Under the pieces are notes generated by a model, which was given only the letters and a program-made list of their open reading frames with translations, ran no database searches and was not told the origin of the DNA. A DNA stretch of 53,614 nucleotides, counting the filler, from Trypethelium eluteriae (taxonomy: Eukaryota), in NCBI GenBank assembly GCA_051942245.1. It is 2 parts of 2 records of this genome, joined end to end, with 100 filler letters (N's around TTAATTAATTAA, not from the genome) between each part and the next. Parts side by side here need not be neighbours in the genome. Positions count along the whole stretch, not along the records: positions 1 to 26,764 come from JAVECL010000344.1; 1 more part is not named here. One strand, given 5' to 3'. This document shows positions 10,801 through 22,945 of this stretch, piece by piece. Positions within the stretch are counted from its first letter, which is position 1. Every line of letters starts with the position of its first letter. Both the position numbers and the translations under genes were made by a program.

Positions 10801-13800
10801 TTCTCATTGAGATTTGCCTCGAGGGAGGACCCTGCCCACACTAGGTGGTAAACGGCTTTAGGAATCTCCACTCTCTCACCCTTGCGCACGTTTCTTCACC
10901 GACAAAGCCCCACCAACAATGACAGCACAAAGCGGTTCCAGCATAGACGAGCTTTCTTTCTCATTATCCCGATAACTGCCAACAGGCTCTAGCTTTATTG
11001 AGAAAGTTGGAGACTTTGTTGCAAGCTGTCCCTCGCCGCGTTCTGATCCTGGTGCTCCGACTCCATCGCTTCGCAGTATGGTCACTTATGGATAGGGCCA
11101 GTAAGCGCTTGGTTCTTTTACTCGACGACGACGCATGCTAAGGTAAGCCATTTACGGAGGGAGAGTATGGCTTGAAGTCTTCACTGCAGACTCATGAGAG
11201 TGTATGTGTTTTCGCTGGCGACGGCATCTACACCATAGCCTGTCCTGCTGTGTGCTTCCAGCTTTCATGCATTAGACGTCATACATTTCGCGGTCGCAAG
11301 CTTTGAGACAATTCAGTCCTTTCTGCTTCGGATCAGAAGCGATATGAGGGGAAATTGCTGCCAAAGTCCTGTTCGACCTTCTGTCTAGCGGTCTCGGAAG
11401 GCGTTTTAGAGTTATTGACATTTTTCACCCATGCTAATATTATCGCGATTATGGAATCGGATACCCTGTAAACAGCGATCATCGACGATTCCGACCGTAG
11501 CGAGCATGTCAACACCCTCCTGCAGTCCTTGTTTCACCTATAAATCCAAGACTGTCAAGAGTTTGGCCACTGGACCATGGAAATTCATTTATCCAGAAGA
11601 ATGTATCATTTCCAATGCGGTCTTGCAATCCTTGGGTTCCAGTCAGTTCCTACGTGTTTGAGACTCAATTACAGAGGGTTCCAAGAAGGAGTATTTATCG
11701 TCAAAGGAGGCCTGTCATATTACCCGGCCGATAACATCGTATTTGGTTATGTCATATTCACCATGAAGACTTGTCCCCGTCCAAGATAGTGCTAAAAGTT
11801 GGAGCAGGCGACCCGAAGCCAGAGGAGCGTATAATAAGCTTCCTCTTGCGTGATGGACATCTGAGTCCGCTACACGATTCGAGATTCGACGACATCACTT
11901 CTGAAAAGGAAATCGCTGGAAGACTCCTGTTACCAGTAAATCTCATAAAGATACTTGTGCCCACAAGTACCTTTTGGAGAAACTCAAAGGATTGAACCAT
12001 CCCGGTGTTAATTTCCCGATCCCGCAAGGCTCTTCATTGTCCTGGCCCCAACTAGATCATACACGAAGGCATGCATCATAAACGGATAAGTTCGAGCTTA
12101 TACCGGTCCAGAGCTTGGACGCTCTGCGCAGAAGTCAGGAGGTAGCGACCTTGTTGGCATGCCACCTCACTTAGCAGGCACGATAGATCCTCGCGACACA
12201 GGGGTGACCGCCCCGTTTGGGTGACTACCGAGGTCGAAGGAGCAACAACAATAAAACAGTCCGGCTTTTTGTACGGCGTAATCTGATTTTACCGGAGCTC
12301 TCATTGGATATCTACTGGGCGAAGAACCGAGTGATGGCCCAGGACGACGAAGCCTCGCCATTGAAAACACATCGATCTGGTCCATCATAGACGCTCGACT
12401 ATAGCCATTGGACGAATTGGTACATTATGAACCACAATATCATAGCCGTGACCACGTGTTTGAGGGCAAGAGTAGAACCTGGGCCTTCACGCGTACGTTG
12501 CGCTTCAATCGCGAATCTGAACTAACATTATGTCGGAGTTGACGGTCCAGCGGATACTTGGCCCAGCTTCAATCATCTGAGCCATTCGCTATGAGTTCTC
12601 GAGGTGTTCCATATTCTCAAGGTCGGAACGTGTGGTGAACAGAGGTATGTCAGGTATCCGAGAGCAGGCTGAAATGTCCCTGAGATGGATGCGGACACCT
12701 TCGAAGAATGATCTCGTAGCTGAAGCATCATCCACCTTCGGAAAGCAAAAGAGAGAGGGATCAAGAGAAAAATAATAGAACCGAAACACGAAATGAAGAG
12801 ATGGATGAAGAGAAACTGAGATTCAGGAAAGAGAAAGTAGTTGAAAGAGGGAATTGAGATTAATACCGATGCCAAGATTAAGAAGGATGTCACACAAATA
12901 AAATTGGAACTTCTCGCCGGAAGCGATATTCTCCAGAGGAGGCAGAAACGAAGCTTACTTCGATCGAAAATAGCTTTCCAGGAGATACAAGGCATGAATG
13001 GCTAATCGAGCGTGATACGAGATCCTGGAGGGAAAGTGGAAAGATGCTTTACCTATTCCTTCCAGGGCCAGAGACTCTGGTATGTCGCCCTGGAAAAAGC
13101 TATCGAACAAACGGAGGCACCGAGTACCGGAAATACGAAAGCGCTATTGGTTTCTACTCTATGTTTGTTGCTCGTCCGCAGCTCAAACGGCTAGGGCCAA
13201 GAGCTGTAAAGGGATCATCTACCTTTGAATCGACCATTCTTCAATGTCAGCAATTATCCCAAGCAGGAACGCAGGAATCCCTCATTGCATTCCGGCATGG
13301 TATTTCGAAGCCAGATTGAGCATACTTTAGTTAAGTTCACGTGTATATGGGCATACACTGGACCGAAAGACAAGCAACTCGGTCTCTGGAATGATAGCGT
13401 TCCGTCGAATAGCGCGCAAAGAAATTACTCCGGTTCTACCAAAAGAGAGAAAGCTCAACATCGTGTCCGCACCGGCAGAGACTCATCGGAATCGGGAATG
13501 CCGGGAGAAGCGAGTCATACCGGTCCGACCGAGCAGAGTGATGGAATGCATCACAATCATTTAATGACAGGTCGTGGACCTTTATAATCTGCTACTGAAG
13601 ATCCAAGAAAGGTCTAACTTTCTATACCAGCATGGCCTGCCATCACTGACGGAGGCATTCCAGGCTCGCAGCTGTGACTCGAGACGACAAGAACAGTCTC
13701 AACCGCTGGCTTCGAATGGAATGAAATAGATTTGATCTCATCGTTCCGTCACATCTTTTTGTCTGAGATCTCCAAGCTTAACCCCTCATCTTGACCATTG

Positions 13801-14554
13801 ATGTGTCAATCTCATATCGGCTCCGCATATTTTCCTGGGATTCCTTTCTACGTCACTTGTTATGACGCTGATATTGCCTTTCCAAGAACTTATCAATAGA
13901 GAAGCGATTCCCAGCCACAAAGCAGATCAGCCCAATAAAGATAATCCAAGAATTGAGGGATCAGTGGTCGCGGATACGGAGCTCCAGAATTATTTCCCCT
14001 TTTGTTGATTGATTCCATGATGGTTGAAAGCGAGTAACTGAGATTCTTGCTTTAGCTTACTAGACAAGTGGTAAGGCTTGCGACTATTCGAAATTTTGCC
14101 TAGAGTGCATCTAGTCTGCTCGTCTTGGTCTTGATTGCTTCGGAATTCCGTTCTCTGTTCAAGTATCGAATATCCTGCCGCATGAACAGTACCAAGAGCC
14201 TGCTGCTGGTGCTTGAACCTTCCCCGAACTTGGGTCAAGGAGTTGGGGACGAGCAGAAGCAGATATTCGTTGCTTGCGCAAGTCAAAGCCGTCGTTGCTG
14301 ACTTTCCTGTGCTCGAAGCCTCGTCCTCAAAAGGTGAAGCTCATATTGCTGCGTACTAGCCGTCGTATTTTTGCACACTTTAAGTCAAGTCCCGGGGAGG
14401 GGGATTGAGGTCGAGATCCGAGACGACAGTTACGAGCAAATCCGGAAACCGGCGCTGCATTATGGTCAAGATTGCAGTTCCTCTATCATTTGCCAGTGAG
14501 GAAACCTGGAAGATACAGTACATTGGGACTTGCCAGTGCTTGCTAGCACAACAT

Positions 14555-14727
14555 TTGCAGTCAACTTCCGTTCCTTATTAAACCCATTCGTTATGGACGC
14601 CGATGCATTGGCATCACCAAACATCAATCTGCTCGAGCAGCGCGTGCTGTTCGGGAAAACGGGCTGGATGAGTCCGAATCTGATCGAGAAGATCCAGGTA
14701 GTGTCCACAAAGGTCTGCCGAAGTCAT
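14555..14727 (-). pseudogene. Inverted, frameshifted copy of the RTT106 5' coding region
   Basis: LDLLDQIRTHPARFPEQHALLEQI vs RTT106 LDLLNKIQSHLARFPEQHTLFEEI; after a frameshift, TNGFNKERKLT vs TDGPNKKRKIN. By hand, 55/72 nt identical (14627-14698 reverse complement vs 15607-15678). Confidence 0.85.
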
Positions 14728-14986
14728 GACCGTCGCTGAGCGAGAACGAGAAGGAGTACAAGTAGTACTAGGCGGTAGGGATGCGTTGCCAAACACGGGT
14801 AGCGGCAAAGGCGCAACGATCCAGTCCTGTTCTGAGCTAGCGTACCCTGATTTTTGCACGTGGGAAGACCCTGAGTCGAGGGAGCCTGTAAGGACAACAC
14901 TGCCGATCTATAGACGTCCGTAATGAGATCTTCTAAATTTTGTGTTTTATCTACTATGCACCGTAGCTGTCTAAACAAATGCATAA

Positions 14987-15330
14987 TTACGCGTCAAGGT
15001 TTGGTACGAGACCTACATAGAAAGGTCTGTGCAGAGGTGTGACATTTTAACAGAGGTGCGAGGCTTATACAGAAGGCAAGGTCTCGCCTTTTTACCTAGG
15101 TATGTAGGTCTCACACCTCTGCGTAAATCTCTGTGCAAGTCTCGCACCTTTAGAGTAGGTGTCCGTACAGATCTTATACCTCTACCGAAGGCACGCAGAC
15201 CTGTCTCATCTTTATATAGGTCTCTGTGTAGGTCTCGCGCCTCTGCCTAGGTCTCGTACCTCTGCCTAGGTCTCGTACCTCTGCGCAGATCTTCCATCTC
15301 TATGTAGATCTCACATTAAGCGTGTAGCTA
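14987..15330. mobile_element. Degenerate MITE/foldback-like non-autonomous element
   Basis: Imperfect inverted ends (left GAGACCTACATAGA at ~15008-15021; right TCTATGTAGATCTC at ~15299-15312). An internal motif of the AGGTCTCGYACCTCTGC type recurs, inverted on the left side. No ORF. Confidence 0.55.
15230..15288 (+). repeat. About 3 tandem copies of a 19-bp unit AGGTCTCGTACCTCTGCCT
   Basis: Read directly: aggtctcgcgcctctgcct aggtctcgtacctctgcct aggtctcgtacctctgcgc. Confidence 0.9.
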
Positions 15331-15483
15331 CAGGTTAATTATAAAAGAAACTTGAGAGCTTACGGTATATACAAGATAATTATAAAATTGAGAAAGAATT
15401 CATCACGGACAAAAGGGGTTAGTTTGTACTGTCCCTACAGATCGGCGGAAGTGTCCTTACAGGTTCCCTGAGTCGATCGACTG

Positions 15484-15501
15484 GCGCGAATAGCAACGCG
15501 T
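15484..15501 (+). promoter_or_regulatory. MCB-like elements (GCGCGAA, ACGCGT) upstream of RTT106
   Basis: ACGCGT at 15496-15501, ~70 bp before the ATG. Consistent with MBF (G1/S) control of a histone chaperone; short motif. Confidence 0.45.
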
Positions 15502-15571
15502 CGTGACTTTACTTTCAACCTTCCCACCTTCCTTTGCCCACCCCTCTCTCCCCTTCACCTCAACAGCAACC

Positions 15572-17209
15572 ATGTCTCCGGCTCTCCAGCAGGCTTTTGA
15601 AGACAACCTGGATCTTCTCAATAAGATCCAGTCTCACCTCGCCCGCTTTCCTGAGCAGCATACGCTATTCGAAGAGATCGCCTTCTATATCAATAACCAC
15701 AATTCAATCTCCTCCACAGACGGGCCCAATAAGAAGCGGAAAATTAATGGGTCTGGTACGCCACAAAATACTACCATGTCCGACCTACAGGCTGCAGTAA
15801 AGAAAGGAGGGAATTGGGAAACCCCGATTGCGTATTACCGCGTGCCAGAGGTTAGCTTTTCTATCCCTCAGCGCAAGAAGTTCATGCTGGAACTCTGCTC
15901 TGAAGGATCAAGCATTGCCAAAGCCACTGGGAGCTTGCAGATGACGGAAAAGGGCCAAGGCGGAATCAGGGCAGTCAATACCTCCACCGGAAAACTAGAA
16001 TTCGGGATTGGTTGGAATGACATTGGTATGTTTTTTTTCACAAGCTCTCTGCCAATGGCTGCCACCTTCACAGCACACCATCTCCCTAGCGAAAATCTGC
16101 ACTGCAACCTCAAATATCTAACTAGTGTTCTCCAAGAACAAATTATCTGCCTTCCAGTCCCGGAAAAACAACAACGCACCTACAATTTCCTCATCATTCC
16201 GATTGGCAATGACGGCGTTTACTCTGAGACTCCTTCTCCACCAGATCAGATCATCTTCACCCTACCAGAGACGGCTCCCAAGACCGCCATGTTCACCGAA
16301 TCGCACGCCCCCTCTGACTTAGCGCATTTTCCTCCGACTGAAGCCGAACAAGAGACCTACGTCAGCTCTGCCATCCGTTACATCAATGCTGGTCTTCGAA
16401 CGCACCGTAAGCAGGTCATTACCCCCAATGAAGATGAATTTGCGAGTGCTGTTCCGCAGCCCCACCGCAAAGGCGAAAAGGCCTTCCATGTCAAAGCCTT
16501 CCGCGGTTCCAAAGATGGCTTCCTCTACTTCTTAGGAATCGGGCTTGTCTTCGGGTTCAAGAAGCCCATCCTTCTCTTTCAGCACCATCACATTGATTCA
16601 ATCTCCTTCACCAATGTCTTGCAGCGCACCTTCAACATCGTGATCACTGTTTCACGTAGTGGACTGGGGTCCAGTGTGGAGGGGTCTGAGGAGAAGACAG
16701 AGGAGTTTGAGTTCAGCATGATCGATCAAGCGGAATATGCCGAGATCGACACGTGGGTAAAGAAGCATGCACTAAACGATCATAGTATGGCACAGCAGCG
16801 GAAGGCGAAGAAAATCGACCCAACGAACGGCAAGGATTCCGGAGCTGGTGAGACTGAAGGAGGGGCAAAATCGGATCGAAAGCGAAAGGAGGATAAGTAT
16901 GAGCCCGGGGAGCTGGAAAGGGCTGCAAAGCAGGCGGATCAGGAGCTGCGGGATGGAGAGGATGAGGATGATGAGGATGATGAAGAGGACGAGGATTTCT
17001 CCGCCGGCAGTGGTGGGGAGAGTGAAGGGGAAGGGAGTACTAGCGAAGACGATGGCGAAGACGATAGCGAAGGCGAAGCCGATAGCGAAGACGAAGACGA
17101 AGTCGATCATGGTGAAGAATTTCAAGCCAAGAAGATTAAGGCGGGAATGGGGCACATCACAGTGGACGAAATCGAGGCCGAGGACATGGGACTGTACGAC
17201 GAACCATGA
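15572..17209 (+). CDS. RTT106: Histone chaperone Rtt106 family (double PH domain, acidic tail)
   Basis: VSFSIPQRKK, CLPVPEK, HVKAFRGSKDGFLYFL, FGFKKPIL, FEFSMIDQ and a D/E-rich tail. One 111-nt in-frame intron at 16026-16136; ATG at 15572. Confidence 0.9.
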   Translation: MSPALQQAFEDNLDLLNKIQSHLARFPEQHTLFEEIAFYINNHNSISSTDGPNKKRKINGSGTPQNTTMSDLQAAVKKGGNWETPIAYYRVPEVSFSIPQRKKFMLELCSEGSSIAKATGSLQMTEKGQGGIRAVNTSTGKLEFGIGWNDIGMFFFTSSLPMAATFTAHHLPSENLHCNLKYLTSVLQEQIICLPVPEKQQRTYNFLIIPIGNDGVYSETPSPPDQIIFTLPETAPKTAMFTESHAPSDLAHFPPTEAEQETYVSSAIRYINAGLRTHRKQVITPNEDEFASAVPQPHRKGEKAFHVKAFRGSKDGFLYFLGIGLVFGFKKPILLFQHHHIDSISFTNVLQRTFNIVITVSRSGLGSSVEGSEEKTEEFEFSMIDQAEYAEIDTWVKKHALNDHSMAQQRKAKKIDPTNGKDSGAGETEGGAKSDRKRKEDKYEPGELERAAKQADQELRDGEDEDDEDDEEDEDFSAGSGGESEGEGSTSEDDGEDDSEGEADSEDEDEVDHGEEFQAKKIKAGMGHITVDEIEAEDMGLYDEP

Positions 17210-18206
17210 ACACCCGAAAATCACGGCGAGGATTTTCAATCAACCCCCTTTCTTATCGGAACACGATCACCAGCAATGTACACTAGTCTTGAGGCACAGT
17301 TTTGCCTCTCACGTTTACGATACCCGGCATTAGACATGAATCTGTAACAATAATGAAATTCGGAAATGATGATGATCTTTCTACTGGTAATTGTCCATGC
17401 TCATATACATTGCCATACCAGTCCACTCGATCGCCCTTAGTCTTGCCTTCCGGTTAGGTCACCGGCCATCTGACCTGCACTTCGCCAGCTCAGTAGCCAA
17501 GCATATCGACCTCTTCCTCAGCATGCACGTTCCATGCGTTTCCCTCACCTTCCCTTCTCCTCTCCTCAACTTCCTCGATCGCAACCGTAACCGCAAACAT
17601 CGCGCTCAGCGGCGTGTTGGTTATGTTGGGGAGGGAGCACATTTGCAGTGCTTGATGATACCCTGGTGCTTGACAACAGCAGGACAGGTATGCCCTCAAC
17701 AAAGGCCAGGTCCGATCGGCCTCAGATTTGACGCTCGGATCTGAACAGCTTTTCGTGTATCCTCAAGATATCTTTTGCCGTCCTGCCTCGGCCTGATTTG
17801 GCCGTGCAATGCTAGTCATCCTACACTGTACATAATGCGCGGCAGGATGCATAGCTACTGCCGGAAAAGGTGGAAGGACTCGGGAGACCGAGTTTGGCGA
17901 CGACAATAAGCAGACTGATGATCGCATATTGATCCAGAAATGGCGACTTTTGCCACACAAATCACGATGGGATTTGTAAAATGCAGACAGTAGTGGTCTA
18001 ATGTTACATTGAGCATGAACATTGACCAGTAATCTTCCCTAGTTCGATAGACAAGGGTAGTCTCCCCTGAATGTCTTTCTCTTACCAATTGGACGACTAT
18101 AGAATGGATTTAGACATTGCCTTGTAATAATGCACGCTCAATGTCCTGATAAAAATAATGGACTTCAGTCCCCAAACCCTTCTCATCACGCGGCCCTCCG
18201 CCGCCC

Positions 18207-21200
18207 CTAAACAATCAGCTCCTCCGCCGTCTGCAGCACGCTTTCTTTCTCTATCCTCTCATTCCTCTTCAAAGCTTCCACGAAGCTGGCTTCACTTTTC
18301 CCCAAAATCGGCGCGCTCGCGCTCGATGCCAGCGCCGGCCCTTTTGTTTGCCAGCTCGCCGCCAAGTCTTCTGGGCTGCGAGATCTTTCATGATCTGAGG
18401 ATGATAATGGGATACGACCTTGCTTTAGGGGTGCCAGAGGTAGTCTCTTTGCATTTCTGGTGCGTGGTGGACTCGGAGTATCTCGACTGGGACCGGCGTC
18501 GCGTTTTCCGGACCCAGAGCTTGATCTCCTGGCACGATTACCACGAGTCCGCTTGTTTGAACCATGAACATTTCTCTTTGCCTTTGGGTTGCGTGCTGAG
18601 TTGCACGCTGAGTAAGTGAGCGGGCCTTTAGCTTCTTCTTCAATAGTGTCATCATGGCTGGTGTGACGATTCTGCAGGAGATTGTGATCAACGCAGTCCT
18701 CGTACACTTTACTCCACGCGCTAGCGACACTGGTGATCCTCGTGCTTGTTTTACGATTCACTACTGGTTCGGACTGGCTTGATGGAAGCCGCTTCCGCTT
18801 TCGGCTGGAGACACGACTGCGAGAGAGTTGAAGAGAGTCTTCGAGGTCTGAGAAATGCTCACAGTCAAGTCCACTGGAGTCTCCAGCAGTAACTATCTCG
18901 CCCAGAAAAGGGAGTGATTCCTCGATATCGTCACCGGTTGTTGGTTCTGTGGTTGACTTGCCTTGGCCAGCTGATCCTTTCTGGAGCGTGCTTTCCCATG
19001 CTCCATCAACAGCCTTCACCTTCCCCTTGCGGATATTCGTATCACTCGAATCCAAAGTCTTCAGCTCTATATCACGATCCCTATGATCTTCTGTATTGCG
19101 TGCTTTATTGTCCGGGAATGTGGGCAAGACAGGTCTTATAATTTCGAGCTCGGGATTCTCCAGCGCCCCTCCTGTGCTAACAGAGCTGCGATGCCCATGG
19201 CCATAATGGAAAAATTCATGACTCTGTGGTTTGAAGAAACTTGCATAGTGCTTGAGAACTTTGCGGCCAAAGTTCAGACTGTGACTCTTTGGTAGACCAA
19301 TCTTCATCCGTCTGATACTCTTGCCGCTTTTACCGCTACGAGAGCCGAAGCTGATGCGCTTCTTGAATCGTTTTATGTCCGGGTTTGTGGGGTCTTGAAC
19401 ATCGGGAGCAACTTCGCTCTGCGCTTCGCCTGTCTCCTCGAAAGGTGAGAGTCCAAAGTCACGCGGAAAGACGTTGTCGTCAGGGCCAGCGCTTCCACAG
19501 CGTTGTGGACGCGTGTGACTAGGAAACCGCTCCCAGGCCGACAGTTCCAATGATTGTCTATTTGGACTATCTGTCGGTGGATGACCGGCATGGCGAGCAG
19601 CGCGTTCTTGCTCTTGCGTGACGTAGGTAGCCGAGGGTACCTTCAAAAGATTGGGCGTCGAGCTTCGCCTCTTTGAGTTATCAAAGGGATCAACGTCGAG
19701 AGAATCATGGGCTGGAGTGTAAAATGCGGAGGCCTGATGAGACGGATGTACGTTCGAAGACGCGTGGCTTCGAGAGTTTGAGTGACGGCGCTCACGCTTT
19801 GATACAAGGTCACCTCGGTGATCATCAGGCTTCAGCCACATCGCGGCCTTCTCATTAGCATGCGCTTTCAGAGCTCGCTCCCACATCTCGGAAGCCTCGT
19901 CATGAGAAGGGAGCAGAGGAATGGAATTTTTTGGCATCTGGTCTGAGTCGTCTGCAGGTCCGTCGAAGCTCAAAATTTTATACCGGAATGACCTATTACC
20001 AGTACGGGAAAAATGGAAAAAATTCAGACCTGATCGCTTTTTCTTCGCTGAAGGTTCCTGTAAAGGGTCTGAGCGCACCGGCTTGTCATCCAAAGCATCA
20101 AGATCTTCAACAAATTTGCTTGTTCTAGACAAATTACTTGAGCTGGCTTGCGACCGTTGTGTCTGGTTGGCGACTGGCGAATCCGCACCGTCAGAGATTG
20201 CTGTTGAGTGGATGGCCGGGTCGACATCGGGCTTTTTGCTATTGCCTGCTTTATTTTCACCGACTTGACTCGGCTCTTCAATCTGGCTTTCTGCAGTCGC
20301 AAAGCTGGGAGACAGCACTGTCGGTGTCCGAAGTTCTCGAGATATAGAATATGGAAGATGCATAGTGGATGGACGAGGAGACGCTACATTGCTATTTGGC
20401 CGTGACGAATACAATGACGAGGTTTCGTCACGGTTGGTAGTACTCCAGTATCCTGGGGCTTTAGTACTTGCAAATCCGGACCTGAACATATGACCGTATC
20501 GTGTGCCATCAACCTGCACACCCGAGGAATAGGCCACGTTGGAAGGAGTGCACGAATGTTGAGACCTTCTGTTGGTCCGACGCGTCACGAACGAAACATT
20601 ATCAGAGGCGTTGGAGCTGGAACGGAGTCGCTGTGAAATCTCCATGTTTTGAAGATGGAAAGAGGTTCCAGAAGATCCTTGCGAAGTACAATTAATCAAT
20701 GGCAGACCATCTACATCGGAATAGAGTATATTGGGCTGGCAAAGTTTTTCGGGATCATTTAGCTGGAAGTTCGAATCGAGTCTGGCTCTGAATCTTTGTG
20801 CTGCACTTGGTATTCGTTCGCTTTCAGTAGCTAATTGGCTGGTTGAATTCCCTATAGATGCAGGCTCTTGAGAACGTGGGTCGGAGTGATGCGAGGTGTG
20901 ACATTCTTGGTGCATAGCTTTCCGCGCATCCTTGGTATCATTTGCACCACGTGAGATATCGCTGTAAAGATCGCCTATGCGATGATGCTTTTGCCGTGGT
21001 CGGCAATCGGTCGATATACCCCAGAAGCGCGTATTTTTAGGACGGCTACCACTCGAAGTTCTCTTAGTTACTGCCGAATTAGGATTGTGAATGTCACTCT
21101 CTGATCTTGAAGACCGCGCAGGACTACGCCGACGCCGAAGGTCAGAAGCAGCCAACAGGTTTGGTACACTGCAAGATGGACGTGGAGACGGCAGAAGCAG

Positions 21201-21938
21201 CACATCACCTGTCTCGATCGTAGCAGCTATTGGTAAGCGTCTCTTGTCCGCATGGTGATGACTATTATTCGGGTAAGTAGAGGTCACCTTTTGAAAACAG
21301 CAGAACTCTTACCCGTCGAACAAGGGACCCATCCATTCAAAACTATGCATGACTGAATGATGGTTTTTCCTTATGGCATGACAGTCCGGTAATTCAGGAC
21401 ATGGTTGATAAGTTCTCAGACTGTGCTTCCTTGGGATCTGAAACTCCGTGGCGTCCTGATCGTAACTTTCTCCGTGAGCCATCATATCGCTGAGCAAGGG
21501 TTCCAGAGTGGTCCTGTTGCGAGGCGCAAGAGAAGCTGATTGTGTATTCTCCTTTGTGGGTTGCGTCTTTCGCTTAGGTCCAGCGAGCGCTATTAGACTG
21601 GAATTGATGCTTCTCTTGGATAACTTTTTTCGGAGTTGTCGGCTCACACTGCGTTGCGGAGGGATAGGGGCCTTTCGAGGAGAGGTGTAAAGGTCTCGTA
21701 GGAAATAGGAGTTGGCGACTTCAGGACTGTTCTCCTCTGCGGTTGCGTTCTCGAAGATGGCACGAAGATCGTTCAGGTCCGTGGTGCGAAGACTGGGAAA
21801 GTATGGGCCGGTTCCGAGTGGCGCGTAAGGAACTGATGCTACAGGCGACTGCTGAGTTCGAACAGGCGATACTCGAGCATTGGGCAATGGAGGAGAATCT
21901 GAGCGACATTCCTCGGCACAGCAAAATCTGCTCGCCAT
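18207..21938 (-). CDS. Large Ser/Arg-rich, largely disordered fungal hypothetical protein (~1,225 aa), 2 exons
   Basis: ORFs 21309-21992 and 18207-21287 join in frame through intron 21262-21312. Short conserved-looking islands WERFPSHTRPQR..SAG..DNVFPRDF and GHRSSVSTGGALENPELEII. Confidence 0.85.
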
Positions 21939-22945
21939 GATACAATGGATAGGACGAAAAAATTCATAGCACTGCCAGCTGCACAAATACATCGGATGGA
22001 CGAGGATGTCGCGAATGAAGAGCTTGTATATTAACAGGTAACATTTAGTAGCTTTGCAAAATTGGAAGGAAGTGGCAGAAAGTAGCAGGGGACGAAATTG
22101 AATAGAAGATCTGAGTAGGGTAGGTGCGTAGCAGACGCATGGCAGGCACGCAGCGCAAAGCAGGCACTACCTACTCCTGAGTCTCACCTCTTATTGGGAC
22201 ATTTAGGAAAATAACATCAACGTGCAATCGACGAGCATAGCAGTGGCATTGTCGGTCCAATGATCCTCACTCCGAGAGACCGGCTAAGATCTGAGATCTC
22301 GGAAAGGACATAACATTAGGGCTTAATGTGCACTTAATGTATAACTGAACATGTTAGATGGGTAGACACGGTGCGATGGAAATGGACCGCATCTTCAAAG
22401 AGATGAATGAAGGAAGATCCATCAGCCTGTACGATAGATAATTCTGTAGCCCGAGAACTCGAGGTCGTAGAAACGCGAAGACTTATCTGATCCTAGCTGG
22501 ACTTTCATCTGGAATACCTTAATACCTACCTAATAGATATACCAGGCAAGTATCTGAGTACCTATACAGGTACCTAGAGACTCAGTCATTGCGGAGAGTC
22601 ACATGTTGAAGCCAATTCAAAGATGCAGGAGGCTGGATGTGATAATTACGCGGAGTCTCGTCAAGTCTGGCGTGATTCCGGTACTTTCACGCTATCGCCC
22701 CATATGGTCCATGCGTCGACTATCTTCGGACCCCGACGGAGGGGCACTAACTGCTATCAACACCATTTATTTTTCGTCCCCCCACCGCCTCGTCTTACAC
22801 TGCTCCAATCCCACCATTTCCCTTCCTCCACTCCGTATTCCTCTCCACAATACCAATTCGACTCCCTTCTCATTATCATTCCCATCTCACTCCCATCATT
22901 ATCATCCAAATCTGCCTTTTTACAGTCGTTGCAACGTAAGACACC

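Noticed and set aside
12573..12995. 140-aa hydrophobic minus-strand ORF as a membrane protein
   Set aside because: Hydrophobicity is explained by the purine-rich opposite strand; no recognisable motif.
14987..15330. Repeat cluster as a CRISPR-like array
   Set aside because: Eukaryotic context, no unique spacers of regular length, repeats degenerate and in both orientations, no cas-like genes.
16026..16136. 37-aa insertion in Rtt106 suggested by the 568-aa ORF
   Set aside because: It is a stop-free 111-nt intron (GTATGT...CTAAC...CAAG). The extra N-terminal 23 aa come from a GTG start upstream of the real ATG.
22579..22602. Gcn4/CpcA-like sites upstream of MET6
   Set aside because: Only imperfect matches (AGACTCA, GAGTCAC); no full TGASTCA.
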